Positions 1 to 8,231 of a DNA stretch of 14,210 nucleotides are shown in pieces; positions within the stretch are counted from its first letter, which is position 1, and the number at the start of each line of letters is the position of its first letter. Below the pieces are notes generated by a model, which had not been told where the DNA came from, searched no databases, and was given only the letters and a program-made list of their open reading frames with translations. Made by a program: the position numbers and the translations under genes. The stretch is from Gemmatimonadota bacterium (GTDB lineage Bacteria > Gemmatimonadota > Gemmatimonadetes > Palauibacterales > Palauibacteraceae), in contig JBDHAC010000091.1 of NCBI GenBank assembly GCA_039588275.1, positions 1 to 14,210 of the forward strand. The letters are read 5' to 3'.

Positions 1-1173
1 CCAGGTACCGAGCTTGTCGTTCACGAGGCTCTCGACGATCCCCTTCACCTCGCTGTTCCCCAGCTTGGTCTTCGTCTGACCCTCGAACTGCGGCTCCATC
101 ACCTTGACGGAGAGAATGGCGGTCAGGCCCTCGCGCACGTCGTCGCCCGAAAGGCTCGAGTCCGCCTTCTTCAGGATCCCGTTCTTCTGCGCGTAGACGT
201 TGATGGTGCGGGTCAGCGCGGCCTTGAAGCCGCTCAGATGGGTGCCACCCTCATGGGTGTTGATGTTGTTGACGAAGGTGAACGTGTCCTCGTTGTAGCC
301 ATCCGTATACTGGAGGGCGAGCTCGATCTCCGTGTCTTCCTGGGTGCCCGCGACGTAGACGATCTCGCCGTGCAGGGGAGTCTTCTTGCCCCGCAGGTAC
401 TCGACGAACTGCACGATGCCGCCCTCGAAGACGAACTCCTCCTCGCGAGTCTCCTCCTCGCGGCTCTCTTCTTCCCGCTCGTCCCGCAGGACGATGCGGA
501 CTCCACGGTTCAGGTAGGCGAGCTCGCGCAGACGATTGGCGAGCGTGTCGAAGTTGTATTGCACTTCAGTGAAGATCTCGGGATCGGGCTTGAAGACGAT
601 CGTGGTCCCGGTCTCCTTCGTCTTCTTCCCCTTCTCGAGGTCCGACTTCTTGAGACCCTGCTCGAAGCGCTGCGTCCAGATGAACCCGTCCCGCTTCACC
701 TCGACCTCGAGCCACCCCGCCAGTGCATTGACGACCGACACGCCTACGCCGTGCAGCCCGCCGCTCACTTTGTAGCTCGTCTTGTCGAACTTACCGCCCG
801 CGTGGAGGGTGGTGAGAGCGACCTCGACCCCCGGGATCTTCTCGGTAGGGTGCGGGTCGACGGGGATGCCGCGACCATCATCGCGCACGAGGATAGAGTC
901 ATCCGCACGGATGCAGACCTCGATGCTGGAGCAGTAGCCGGCCATCGCCTCGTCGATCGAGTTGTCTACGACCTCGTACACGAGGTGATGGAGGCCGCGC
1001 GCCGCGGTCGACCCGATGTACATTCCCGGGCGGAGCCGGACCGCCTCCAGACCCTTGAGCACCTGGATTTGTCTGGAGGTGTAGTCGCTGCCCTTGCCGG
1101 TGGCGGCTTTCTTCTTCGTGCCCTGCGATCTCGTCTTCGGCGTCTTCTTCTTGGTCGCCGTCGGTACTGCCAT
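1..1173 (-). CDS. gyrB: DNA gyrase subunit B, N-terminal 391 codons (continues beyond position 1)
   Basis: Not in the ORF track; translated by hand from the ATG at 1173: MAVPTATKKKTPKTRSQGTKKKAATGKGSDYTSRQIQVLKGLEAVRLRPGMYIGST..GLHHLVYEVVDNSIDEAMAG..DDGRGIPVD..TTLHAGGKFD..YKVSGGLHGVGVSVVNAL..FVNNINTHEGGTH..EPQFEGQTKTKLGNSEV. These are the GHKL ATPase motifs of GyrB/ParE. The position after recF-DUF721 favours gyrB. The start overlaps the upstream stop (TGATG). Confidence 0.96.
   Translation of the reverse strand, partial: MAVPTATKKKTPKTRSQGTKKKAATGKGSDYTSRQIQVLKGLEAVRLRPGMYIGSTAARGLHHLVYEVVDNSIDEAMAGYCSSIEVCIRADDSILVRDDGRGIPVDPHPTEKIPGVEVALTTLHAGGKFDKTSYKVSGGLHGVGVSVVNALAGWLEVEVKRDGFIWTQRFEQGLKKSDLEKGKKTKETGTTIVFKPDPEIFTEVQYNFDTLANRLRELAYLNRGVRIVLRDEREEESREEETREEEFVFEGGIVQFVEYLRGKKTPLHGEIVYVAGTQEDTEIELALQYTDGYNEDTFTFVNNINTHEGGTHLSGFKAALTRTINVYAQKNGILKKADSSLSGDDVREGLTAILSVKVMEPQFEGQTKTKLGNSEVKGIVESLVNDKLGTW
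436..480. repeat. Three imperfect in-frame 15-bp tandem repeats inside gyrB
   Basis: ctcctcctcgcgagt / ctcctcctcgcggct / ctcttcttcccgctc; the minus strand encodes EREEE-SREEE-TREEE. Confidence 0.8.
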
Positions 1174-1610
1174 CAGCCCCTCCCCCGCTCGTTGCTGTCC
1201 GTTTTCCGCGCACGACGGCGTCCCGCCGCATACATGTCCGTCGAGCCGTCACCATCGGCCTGTACGAACACGATCCTGTCTATCCTGCCGCTCTTTCGGT
1301 CCTGGTTGAGACCCTCGAGCAGCGACCTCTTCATCATGTTCAGCTCGGTCAACCAGCTTGCATTCTCGACTTCGACGAACAGGGTGCGACCTCGCACCCG
1401 CGTGGCTCTCGTGACGCGTGCGATGTGCGGCCCCACGCTGTCCGCCCAGGACGCGGCGGTTGCCGCTCTCTCCACGCGACCCCGAATACCGATTCGGTCC
1501 AGCAGCGCATGGACGACCGTGCCCACGCGCTCAGGGCGGCTTTGTTTCCCGGCGGCTCTCGGTCGCAGCCTGTGCTTCGGGCCGTAGTCGCCTTCCGCCA
1601 CGGCATTCAT
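1173..1610 (-). CDS. dciA: DUF721 domain protein (DciA-like replicative helicase operator)
   Basis: The pattern W...VG..IA..TRA..VRG..LFVEVENASW..EL..MK..LL..LN....I..IVF is typical of DUF721. It lies between recF and gyrB, as actinobacterial dciA does. ATGA overlap with recF and TGATG overlap with gyrB. Confidence 0.85.
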   Translation of the reverse strand: MNAVAEGDYGPKHRLRPRAAGKQSRPERVGTVVHALLDRIGIRGRVERAATAASWADSVGPHIARVTRATRVRGRTLFVEVENASWLTELNMMKRSLLEGLNQDRKSGRIDRIVFVQADGDGSTDMYAAGRRRARKTDSNERGRG

Positions 1611-2818
1611 GCCAGGATGCGGCCGTTGCGAATACGCCAGCGCTCGAGCCGTCCGCCCCTCAGCTCCAGGTCGCCTGTCTTCGGCGCAGTCAGAATAACC
1701 TGCCCGGACCGCCCTTCCTCCAGCAGTTCCAGGAGCTGTCCCGAACGCGCGTCATCGAGCTCCGCGAACACGTCATCCAACAGGTAGATCGGCTCGCGAC
1801 CCAGCCGTTCCTGCAACCGGTCGGCTTCCACCAGCCGCAGCGCGAGCGCCGCCGTTCGCTGCTGGCCGCTCGACCCGTAACGGCGCAGATCCCGCGACTC
1901 GCCGCCCGCCCGCGACTCCGCGAACCGAAGATCATCTCGGTGCGGCCCCACGACCGTCATCCCCCGGCGACGCTCGCGTTCTGCGGTCGCCTCGAGGGCT
2001 TCGCTCAACCGGGTCGCCCATTCGTCCGGTTCTATCGGGCGATCGGCTGTCGCGGACGGCTCCTCCGATCCGGAGGCTCCTCCGCTCGAACGTTCCACGG
2101 AGCTCCTGTAGCACAACTGACCGGGCACACCGCCCGAAATCGTCTCGTAGTAGCTCCGGAACGCCGACGCTCCCGTCGAGATCCAGCGCGAACGGGTCGC
2201 GATCAACCGAGCACCGGCCTCCACGAGTGCTCCCGTCCAGGCACCGACCTCGGCCGCGCTGCCACCGGCACGCAGGGTTTCGTTGCGCTGCACCAGGTTC
2301 GCCCGATAGCGCTGCAGAGCCGCGAGGTATCCAGGCTCCGTCAGCGAGAGGACGATGTCCAGATAACGGCGTCGCTCGCCGGGAGACCCGTACACGATCT
2401 GGGCGTCTTCGAGCCGGAAAACCGCGACCCCGAGACCGCCGATTCCCTCGGAGACGCGATCGACCTCACGACCATCGATCGCGATCTTCTTTCGCTTGAG
2501 ACCGCGGTCGTATGCCGCCGCGATCTCGTTCTGCCCGCCACCTCGCAGCTCGGCCTCGATGCGAAACACTTGCTCCCCGAAGCGCACGAGCCGTGAGTCC
2601 GGGCCACCCCGGAAGGACCGGAACACCTCGAGGTAGTGGATCGCCTCGAGCAGGTTCGTCTTCCCGGAACCATTCGGCCCAATGATCGCCACTCCGGGCT
2701 CAGGGACCTCGCACGCGAGCTCCTTGAAGTTCCTGAAGTTGCGCAATGAAAGCCGGCCGAGATGGGGCGCCGGATCGTTCGGTGCGGCACCGGCCGTACG
2801 TGCCTCGAGGGTTACCAT
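1607..2818 (-). CDS. recF: DNA replication/repair protein RecF
   Basis: LSLRNFRNF, Walker A GPNGSGKTNLLEAI, GSPGERRRYLD, GPHRDDL, signature GSSGQQR, Walker B LLDDVFAELD. I placed the start at ATG 2818 rather than 2857 because 2829-2857 looks like the promoter. Confidence 0.95.
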   Translation of the reverse strand: MVTLEARTAGAAPNDPAPHLGRLSLRNFRNFKELACEVPEPGVAIIGPNGSGKTNLLEAIHYLEVFRSFRGGPDSRLVRFGEQVFRIEAELRGGGQNEIAAAYDRGLKRKKIAIDGREVDRVSEGIGGLGVAVFRLEDAQIVYGSPGERRRYLDIVLSLTEPGYLAALQRYRANLVQRNETLRAGGSAAEVGAWTGALVEAGARLIATRSRWISTGASAFRSYYETISGGVPGQLCYRSSVERSSGGASGSEEPSATADRPIEPDEWATRLSEALEATAERERRRGMTVVGPHRDDLRFAESRAGGESRDLRRYGSSGQQRTAALALRLVEADRLQERLGREPIYLLDDVFAELDDARSGQLLELLEEGRSGQVILTAPKTGDLELRGGRLERWRIRNGRILA

Positions 2819-2828
2819 CAGGGGAAGT

Positions 2829-2857
2829 AAAATATCCCCAAAACCCTTGTCATGCAA
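2829..2857 (-). promoter_or_regulatory. Putative sigma70-type promoter for recF-dciA-gyrB
   Basis: Minus strand TTGCAT-17 nt-TATTTT in a locally AT-rich patch, ending 10 nt before the recF ATG. Confidence 0.65.
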
Positions 2858-2987
2858 GGGAATTCGGGCCGTCAGACGGTTCGTCCACCGGCCCGGCCGA
2901 CGGCCCCAAGATGACGGGTTGTTCGCAAGTCGCCAGAAGGCCCCTTTGGCAACCTGCCGCAGGTCGCAAAAGAGCTCCAGCGACCCG

Positions 2988-3875
2988 CTAGACCACGAAA
3001 TCGCTCACCGCCGGCTCGTCATCGCTGTAGTCGTAGAACCCGCGGCCGGTCTTTCTGCCGTGGTATCCCGCGACGTACATGCGTCGGAGCAAGGACGGGG
3101 GGGCGAAGCGCGGATCTTTGTACTCGTCGTACATGATCTCGGCGATCCGGAACAGGGTGTCCAGACCTACGAAATCACCCAGGGTGAACGGTCCCATCGG
3201 GTACCCGCACCCGAGTCGCATGCCGGCGTCGATATCGGGGATCGAGCCTACACCCTCTTCGTAGGCGCGAATCGCGTCCAGCAGGTACGGCACCAGAAGC
3301 CGGTTCACCACGAATCCCGTGTTGTCCCGGCAAGCGATGGGGTTCTTCCCAACCGACTTCGCGAACGCGAACGCCGCGTCGAACGTCTGCTCCGACGTGC
3401 TGCCGCAGCGCACGACCTCGACGAGCGGCATGATGGGCACCGGGTTGAAGAAGTGTAGCCCGACGAAGCGATCGGGACGCTCGGTCCCCGCCGCGAGCTC
3501 CGTGATCGAGAGACTCGAGGTGTTCGACGAGAAGATGGCCATGGCCTTGCAGAGGTCGTCCAATTCGCCGAACAAGGCGTTCTTGTCCTCGAGGCTCTCC
3601 ACGATGGCCTCGACGATCAGATCGCTCTCGGCCAGATCACCCGTATCGAGCGTCGGAGTCAGGCGCCCAAGCGCGGCGTCTCTATCGGTCTCGGTCAGCT
3701 TCTCCTTCCGCACGAGCCGGTCCAGGTTCTTCTCGATCGAGGCCATGCCGCGATCCAGGAGTTCCTGGCTCACCTCGCGCACCACGGTCTCGTAGCCCGC
3801 GGCCGCCGAGATCTGCGCGATCCCGTTCCCCATCAGGCCGCACCCGACTACTCCGACACGCTGTATTTCACTCAA
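2988..3875 (-). CDS. hbd: 3-hydroxybutyryl-CoA (3-hydroxyacyl-CoA) dehydrogenase
   Basis: Rossmann motif GVVGCGLMGNGIAQ, EAIVE, SNTSSL, catalytic GLHFFNP, GFVVNRLL, GYPMGPF, GRKTGRGFY. TTG start preceded by GGAAGGAGG. Confidence 0.93.
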   Translation of the reverse strand: MSEIQRVGVVGCGLMGNGIAQISAAAGYETVVREVSQELLDRGMASIEKNLDRLVRKEKLTETDRDAALGRLTPTLDTGDLAESDLIVEAIVESLEDKNALFGELDDLCKAMAIFSSNTSSLSITELAAGTERPDRFVGLHFFNPVPIMPLVEVVRCGSTSEQTFDAAFAFAKSVGKNPIACRDNTGFVVNRLLVPYLLDAIRAYEEGVGSIPDIDAGMRLGCGYPMGPFTLGDFVGLDTLFRIAEIMYDEYKDPRFAPPSLLRRMYVAGYHGRKTGRGFYDYSDDEPAVSDFVV

Positions 3876-3987
3876 GGTTGCCCTCCTTCCTATCTATTCA
3901 CACACCCACCCTCAGGTCGCTGAGGCTCTTCATCGACCCTTGAGGTGGACGCCGTTTCGAGGCTGCCACGCTGGCGGAGCTGTGACG

Positions 3988-4881
3988 TCAGCGCAGGAAC
4001 GGCACCTTCCAGGAGCCCTCCGCACCCGCCAGCGACTCGCCCTCCTCCAACCGATCCAACAAGCCTTGAAGCGTGAGCTCCATGCGAGCGTGGCGGCGCC
4101 GCACGCTTGCCCCGGTTGCCCAGGTGGCACCACCGAATCCCGCCGAGGCGACCGCGACGGCGCCGATGATCGGGAGTACCGCGACTCCCGCGGTGGCTAG
4201 AATCGCCACGGAGATTCCGATGGATGAGCTCATGAACGCACCGTAGAATCCTCCGGCCGCCTGATTACGGACATTGCGCACATCGGCGGTCAGGGTCACG
4301 AGCGACCACCCCGGCTCCAGTTGCTCAATGGCGACCTGGAGGTTCCGGGCCTTGGCAAGCAGGTAGCCGTGTCCGGCAACGTCCATCGCGCGTCGCATCG
4401 AGGGGACGAGCCCGCCCGCGGGCTCCCACAACGAGAGCCCGGAGCGCGATCGCACCTGCTTCATAAGCTCGCGTTCCCTGAGGTGCTCTTCGAGCTTCTC
4501 CTCGACCTCGCTTCGGTCCCCCTGGACCACGCGGCTGGCTCGCACCAGACCCGATCCGAACAGCCTCCGAGCCAGACCCTCGTCGCCGGGCATGGCCGGT
4601 ACGAGAGCCTCGGCCTGCACCTCGGCGAGCGCCTGCTGCACATAGCGGGGCTCGAGGCCGACCTCGCCTCCGATTCGCACGACCTCGGCCGCGTCGAGCT
4701 CGCTACCCGCCTCGCTCGAATCGCGAAACTGAAGATCGGAGGCCCGCCGGATCACCCGCTCCAACTGGGCGGGCGTGACCGACATGCCGGGTCGGTACGC
4801 GGGCGCCGGGAGCCCTCCCTCCGTCGAGGCGGGAGCCGGCAGGTCCCCTTTCTCGTGCGGGCCCTCAGCTCTCTCCGGCAT
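3988..4881 (-). CDS. Hypothetical membrane protein with a C-terminal Gly/Ala-rich hydrophobic hairpin
   Basis: Likely start at ATG 4881 (MPERAEG...), overlapping the SPFH stop; the longer ORF start lies deep inside the SPFH gene. Helical [35 protein letters not shown] segment, then [36 protein letters not shown], a basic RRRHAR stretch and a helical tail. Confidence 0.75.
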   Translation of the reverse strand: MPERAEGPHEKGDLPAPASTEGGLPAPAYRPGMSVTPAQLERVIRRASDLQFRDSSEAGSELDAAEVVRIGGEVGLEPRYVQQALAEVQAEALVPAMPGDEGLARRLFGSGLVRASRVVQGDRSEVEEKLEEHLRERELMKQVRSRSGLSLWEPAGGLVPSMRRAMDVAGHGYLLAKARNLQVAIEQLEPGWSLVTLTADVRNVRNQAAGGFYGAFMSSSIGISVAILATAGVAVLPIIGAVAVASAGFGGATWATGASVRRRHARMELTLQGLLDRLEEGESLAGAEGSWKVPFLR

Positions 4882-5821
4882 CCGATTCGCGCGATCGGCG
4901 GGAAGGGGCCAGCGCTTCGTCCGCCTCGCGGTCTTCCCGCTCGGCGGCGCGCCCCAATCGCTTTCGCACCGCCTCATCCAGGCCGGAGGGCAATGACCCC
5001 GCCGTCTCCGCTCCCGCCAGCGCCTCGAGCTCGGTCTCCGCTTCTTCATCCAGCTCGGTATCGGTTTCGGCTCGGTCGCGGCCCAGCCAGCGCACAAACG
5101 GGCCGAAGTCCAGCGGCAGCGGGAAGAGCGTCGTGGAGTTGTTCTCGGCCGCGATCTCCGACGCCGTTTGCAGGAAGCGGAGCTGCAGCGACGCCGGCTG
5201 TTCGCTCAGCAGCTTGGCTGCCTTGCGGAGGTTCACCGCTGCCTGCAGCTCTCCTTCCGCGTTGATCACCTTTGCCCTGCGCTCGCGCTCCGCCTCGGCC
5301 TGACGGGCGATCGCGCGCTTCATCTCCTGGGGGAGATCCACGTCCTTCACTTCGACACCCGTCACATCGATCCCCCACGCGTCTGTCCCTTCGTCGATGA
5401 TGTCACGCAGGATCTGGTTGAACTTCTCGCGCTCGGCGAGGAGCTCGTCCAGCTCGGCCTGCCCGATCACCGACCGCAGGGTCGTCTGTGCGAGCTGGGA
5501 CGTGGCGAACAGGAAGTCTTCGATCTCGAGGATGGCCTTCATCGGATCCGCGACGCGGAAGTAGAGGACCGCGTTCACCTTCACGGAGACGTTGTCGCGC
5601 GTGATCACGTCCTGTGGCGGGATGTCCATCGCGATGATGCGAAGGCTCACGCGCTCCATGCGCTCGATCCCGAACGGGACGAGGAAGACCAGGCCAGGCC
5701 CCCGGACGGGACGGACGCGGCCGAGCCGAAAGACCACGGCCCGGTCGTACTCCCTGAGGATCCTGAGGCTCGTGGCGAGGGCGGCCACGCCGGCGGCCGC
5801 CACGAGGGCGAGGATTTCCAT
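4865..5821 (-). CDS. SPFH/band-7 (slipin/stomatin-like) protein
   Basis: N-terminal TM segment [88 protein letters not shown] 5821 has the SD AGGAG. Confidence 0.93.
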   Translation of the reverse strand: MEILALVAAAGVAALATSLRILREYDRAVVFRLGRVRPVRGPGLVFLVPFGIERMERVSLRIIAMDIPPQDVITRDNVSVKVNAVLYFRVADPMKAILEIEDFLFATSQLAQTTLRSVIGQAELDELLAEREKFNQILRDIIDEGTDAWGIDVTGVEVKDVDLPQEMKRAIARQAEAERERRAKVINAEGELQAAVNLRKAAKLLSEQPASLQLRFLQTASEIAAENNSTTLFPLPLDFGPFVRWLGRDRAETDTELDEEAETELEALAGAETAGSLPSGLDEAVRKRLGRAAEREDREADEALAPSRRSRESDAGES

Positions 5822-5885
5822 GGATCGTCTCCTATCTTCAGCAGGTTGAAGCGGGCCCGGCGGGGGGGCGCACTTCGGCCTGCTC

Positions 5886-6974
5886 TCAGGCGTCGACTTC
5901 GATGATGACCGCTGCCCCCTGCCCTCCACCGATGCAGGCGGCGCCCAGGCCCAGACCGCCTCCGCGACGGCGCAGCTCATGGAGCAGGTGCGCCGTGATG
6001 CGGGCACCGGTCATTCCGAGCGGGTGCGTGAGCGCGATCGCGCCGCCGTCTACGTTCACGATGTCGCGGTTCAGCCCGAGCTCGCGCTCGACCGCCACGT
6101 ATTGCGGGGCGAAGGCCTCGTTGACCTCGATCAGATCGATATCCGGCAGCGTCATGCCGGCCTTCTCGAGCGCGGTGCGGGACGCGGGCGCGGGCCCGAT
6201 CCCCATGATGCGGGGTTCCACACCGGCAATGGCCCAAGAAACCAGACGGCCGATGGACGCGAGTCCGTTCGCGTCCGCGTACTCCCGATTCGCGATGACG
6301 AGCGCCGCTGCGCCATCCCCGATCCCGCTGGCGTTCCCAGCCGTGACGAGCCCGTCCTTCTTGAAGTACGGTCGCAGGGTGGCCAGACCCTCCATCGTCG
6401 TGTCCGGGCGCATGTGCTCGTCACGCTCGAAGGGCTTCTCCTTGCCCTTGCGGCCCACCATCACAGGCACCACCTCGTCCGCGTACCGGCCCTCATCCCA
6501 AGCGGCGTTGGCCAGTTGCTGGCTGCGAACGGCGACCTCGTCGACATCGGTCCGGGCAATGCCGTACTCCTCGGCCAGGTTCTCGGCGGTCTCCGCCATC
6601 GAGAATCCGCTGTACGGATCGGTCAACGCCTCCCACAGCGAGTCTTCGAACGGCGGAGCAGGTCCGAGCCGCAGGCCCCATCTCGCCCCACGCACGATGT
6701 GCGGAGCCTGGCTCATCGATTCCGTGCCCCCCACCAGACACACGGAGCATTCGTCGAGGATGATCTCCTGGGCGCCATCGATCACCGCTTGAAAGCCCGA
6801 ACCGCAAAGCCGGTTCACGGTGACCGCCGGGACTTCGATCGGCAGCCCGGCATGTAGACCGACGTGACGGGCGAGGTAGATCGCGTCCGCCGAGGTCTGC
6901 ATGACGTTCCCGAACACGACCTGGCCGAACGCGTCCGGCGCCACGCCCGAGCGCTCGATCGCCGCTTGACTCAT
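5886..6974 (-). CDS. Acetyl-CoA C-acyltransferase (thiolase), apparently lacking the conserved N-terminal segment
   Basis: VNRLCGSG (catalytic Cys), [39 protein letters not shown] (His), ACIGGGQG (Cys). SD GAGGAG precedes the ATG, and an in-frame TAG lies five codons upstream. Confidence 0.92.
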   Translation of the reverse strand: MSQAAIERSGVAPDAFGQVVFGNVMQTSADAIYLARHVGLHAGLPIEVPAVTVNRLCGSGFQAVIDGAQEIILDECSVCLVGGTESMSQAPHIVRGARWGLRLGPAPPFEDSLWEALTDPYSGFSMAETAENLAEEYGIARTDVDEVAVRSQQLANAAWDEGRYADEVVPVMVGRKGKEKPFERDEHMRPDTTMEGLATLRPYFKKDGLVTAGNASGIGDGAAALVIANREYADANGLASIGRLVSWAIAGVEPRIMGIGPAPASRTALEKAGMTLPDIDLIEVNEAFAPQYVAVERELGLNRDIVNVDGGAIALTHPLGMTGARITAHLLHELRRRGGGLGLGAACIGGGQGAAVIIEVDA

Positions 6975-7127
6975 GACGAATCTCCTCTATCTAGAAAGTA
7001 GCGAGCGGGCGAACGCCGCAGACCGTGAAAACTAGCGACGCGGGTCGGATTTCGCTGCGGGTGAGAGATGACGGGCAGGGGCCGTCGCAACGAGCCGAGA
7101 AGTGTGAGCCGCCGGGTGGCGGGGCCT

Positions 7128-8195
7128 CTAGATCGGAGCGTTTCGAACCCGCTCGGCCAGCCAGCTCCCGACCTCGACCGTCGACGCGTTCCCACCGACG
7201 TCCGGAGTCCGGACCGACTCCGTCAGCGCCAGATCGACGGCGGCCTCGATTCGGGCTGCCGCCGCTTCCTGGTGGGCGTCCCGCAGCATCATCGCGGCAC
7301 TCAAGACGGCGGCCATCGGATTCGCGGTTCCCGTTCCCGCGATATCTGGAGCACTCCCGTGGACCGGCTCGTAGAGACCATGGTGCCCCGGGTGCACGTT
7401 CGCGGATGGAGCGAGCCCCGGTCCACCGATGAGCCCTGCTCCGAGGTCGGACAGGATGTCGCCCAACAGGTTCTCGGTGACGATGACGCCCAGCCCGTGC
7501 GGCGAACGGACCATCCCCATCGCGAGCGCATCCACGTAGCGGGTTTCGGAACGCACGTCGGGGTATGCGGCCGCCACCTCGGTGAACGTGCGGCGCCAGA
7601 ATCCGTACATGTGCGGCACGGCGTTCGCCTTGTCCGCCAGGGTCACCGGGCCCCGACCGTGGGCTCGTGCGTGCTGGAACGCGGCGTGTGCGATGCGCTC
7701 GACGGCTCGACGGCTCGCGATCGCTTCACTCACCGCGATCTCGTCGGGCGTCCCTTCCCCCTCGATCCGGCCGTGGCCTCCGTACATGCCCTCGGTGTTC
7801 TCGCGAAAGATCACCATATCGATCGGCTCATCGGCCGCGCTCTTCAGGGGAGACAGCTCCGGGGCCCTGAGTCGCAGGGGTCGCCGATTCAAGAAGAGGT
7901 CGAGCCTGAACCTCAGGCCCAGGAGGAGATCACGCGCGTGGTGGCCGTCGGGTACGCGAGGATCACCCACGGCGCCGAACAGGATCGCGTCGAACTGATC
8001 CCGCAGACGCCGGAACGTCTCCGGCGAGAGCGTCTCTCCCGTACTCAGGTAGTGGTCGGCGCCGTGTGGGAACTCCTCGAATTCGACCGAGGCCAGGCCA
8101 GCCTCGACGGCGGCCTCGAGCACGCGCCAGGCCTCCTCCACGACCTCGGGGCCGACCCCGTCGCCCCCGATGATGGCCACGCGCAGCGGAGACAC
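7128..8195 (-). CDS. leuB: Isocitrate/isopropylmalate dehydrogenase family protein, probably 3-isopropylmalate dehydrogenase
   Basis: GDGVGPEV, LFGAVGDP, LLLGLRFRLD..NRRP, RENTEGMY, DKAN, YVDA, NLLGDILSD, EPVHGSAPDIAG, ANP. GTG start. The family call is secure; the exact substrate is not. Confidence 0.75.
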   Translation of the reverse strand: MSPLRVAIIGGDGVGPEVVEEAWRVLEAAVEAGLASVEFEEFPHGADHYLSTGETLSPETFRRLRDQFDAILFGAVGDPRVPDGHHARDLLLGLRFRLDLFLNRRPLRLRAPELSPLKSAADEPIDMVIFRENTEGMYGGHGRIEGEGTPDEIAVSEAIASRRAVERIAHAAFQHARAHGRGPVTLADKANAVPHMYGFWRRTFTEVAAAYPDVRSETRYVDALAMGMVRSPHGLGVIVTENLLGDILSDLGAGLIGGPGLAPSANVHPGHHGLYEPVHGSAPDIAGTGTANPMAAVLSAAMMLRDAHQEAAAARIEAAVDLALTESVRTPDVGGNASTVEVGSWLAERVRNAPI

Positions 8196-8231
8196 TCGGT
8201 TGGGGAGGTGCCGAAGAACTCGAGCGGCCTG

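Noticed and set aside
238..1587. 449-aa plus-strand ORF
   Set aside because: It is the antisense shadow of gyrB/dciA, with no recognisable motifs. Long stop-free antisense frames are expected in high-GC coding DNA.
2819..2857. 13-codon N-terminal extension of RecF in the ORF track
   Set aside because: It coincides with the predicted -35/-10 promoter elements, so ATG 2818 is more plausible.
2858..2987. Possible oriC upstream of recF
   Set aside because: No DnaA-box cluster or extended AT-rich unwinding element was seen.
5836..5885. Short hairpin (CTTCA-N6-TGAAG) and G-run after the thiolase as an intrinsic terminator
   Set aside because: The stem is weak and there is no U-tract on the minus strand.
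5822..6007. Longer start for the SPFH ORF
   Set aside because: It overlaps the thiolase 3' end. ATG 5821 has an SD and begins the TM helix.
6971..7195. 74-aa minus-strand ORF as a frameshifted thiolase N-terminus or leader peptide
   Set aside because: Its translation has no thiolase-like RT(P/A)xG segment, it overlaps the leuB end, and it has no evident coding signal.
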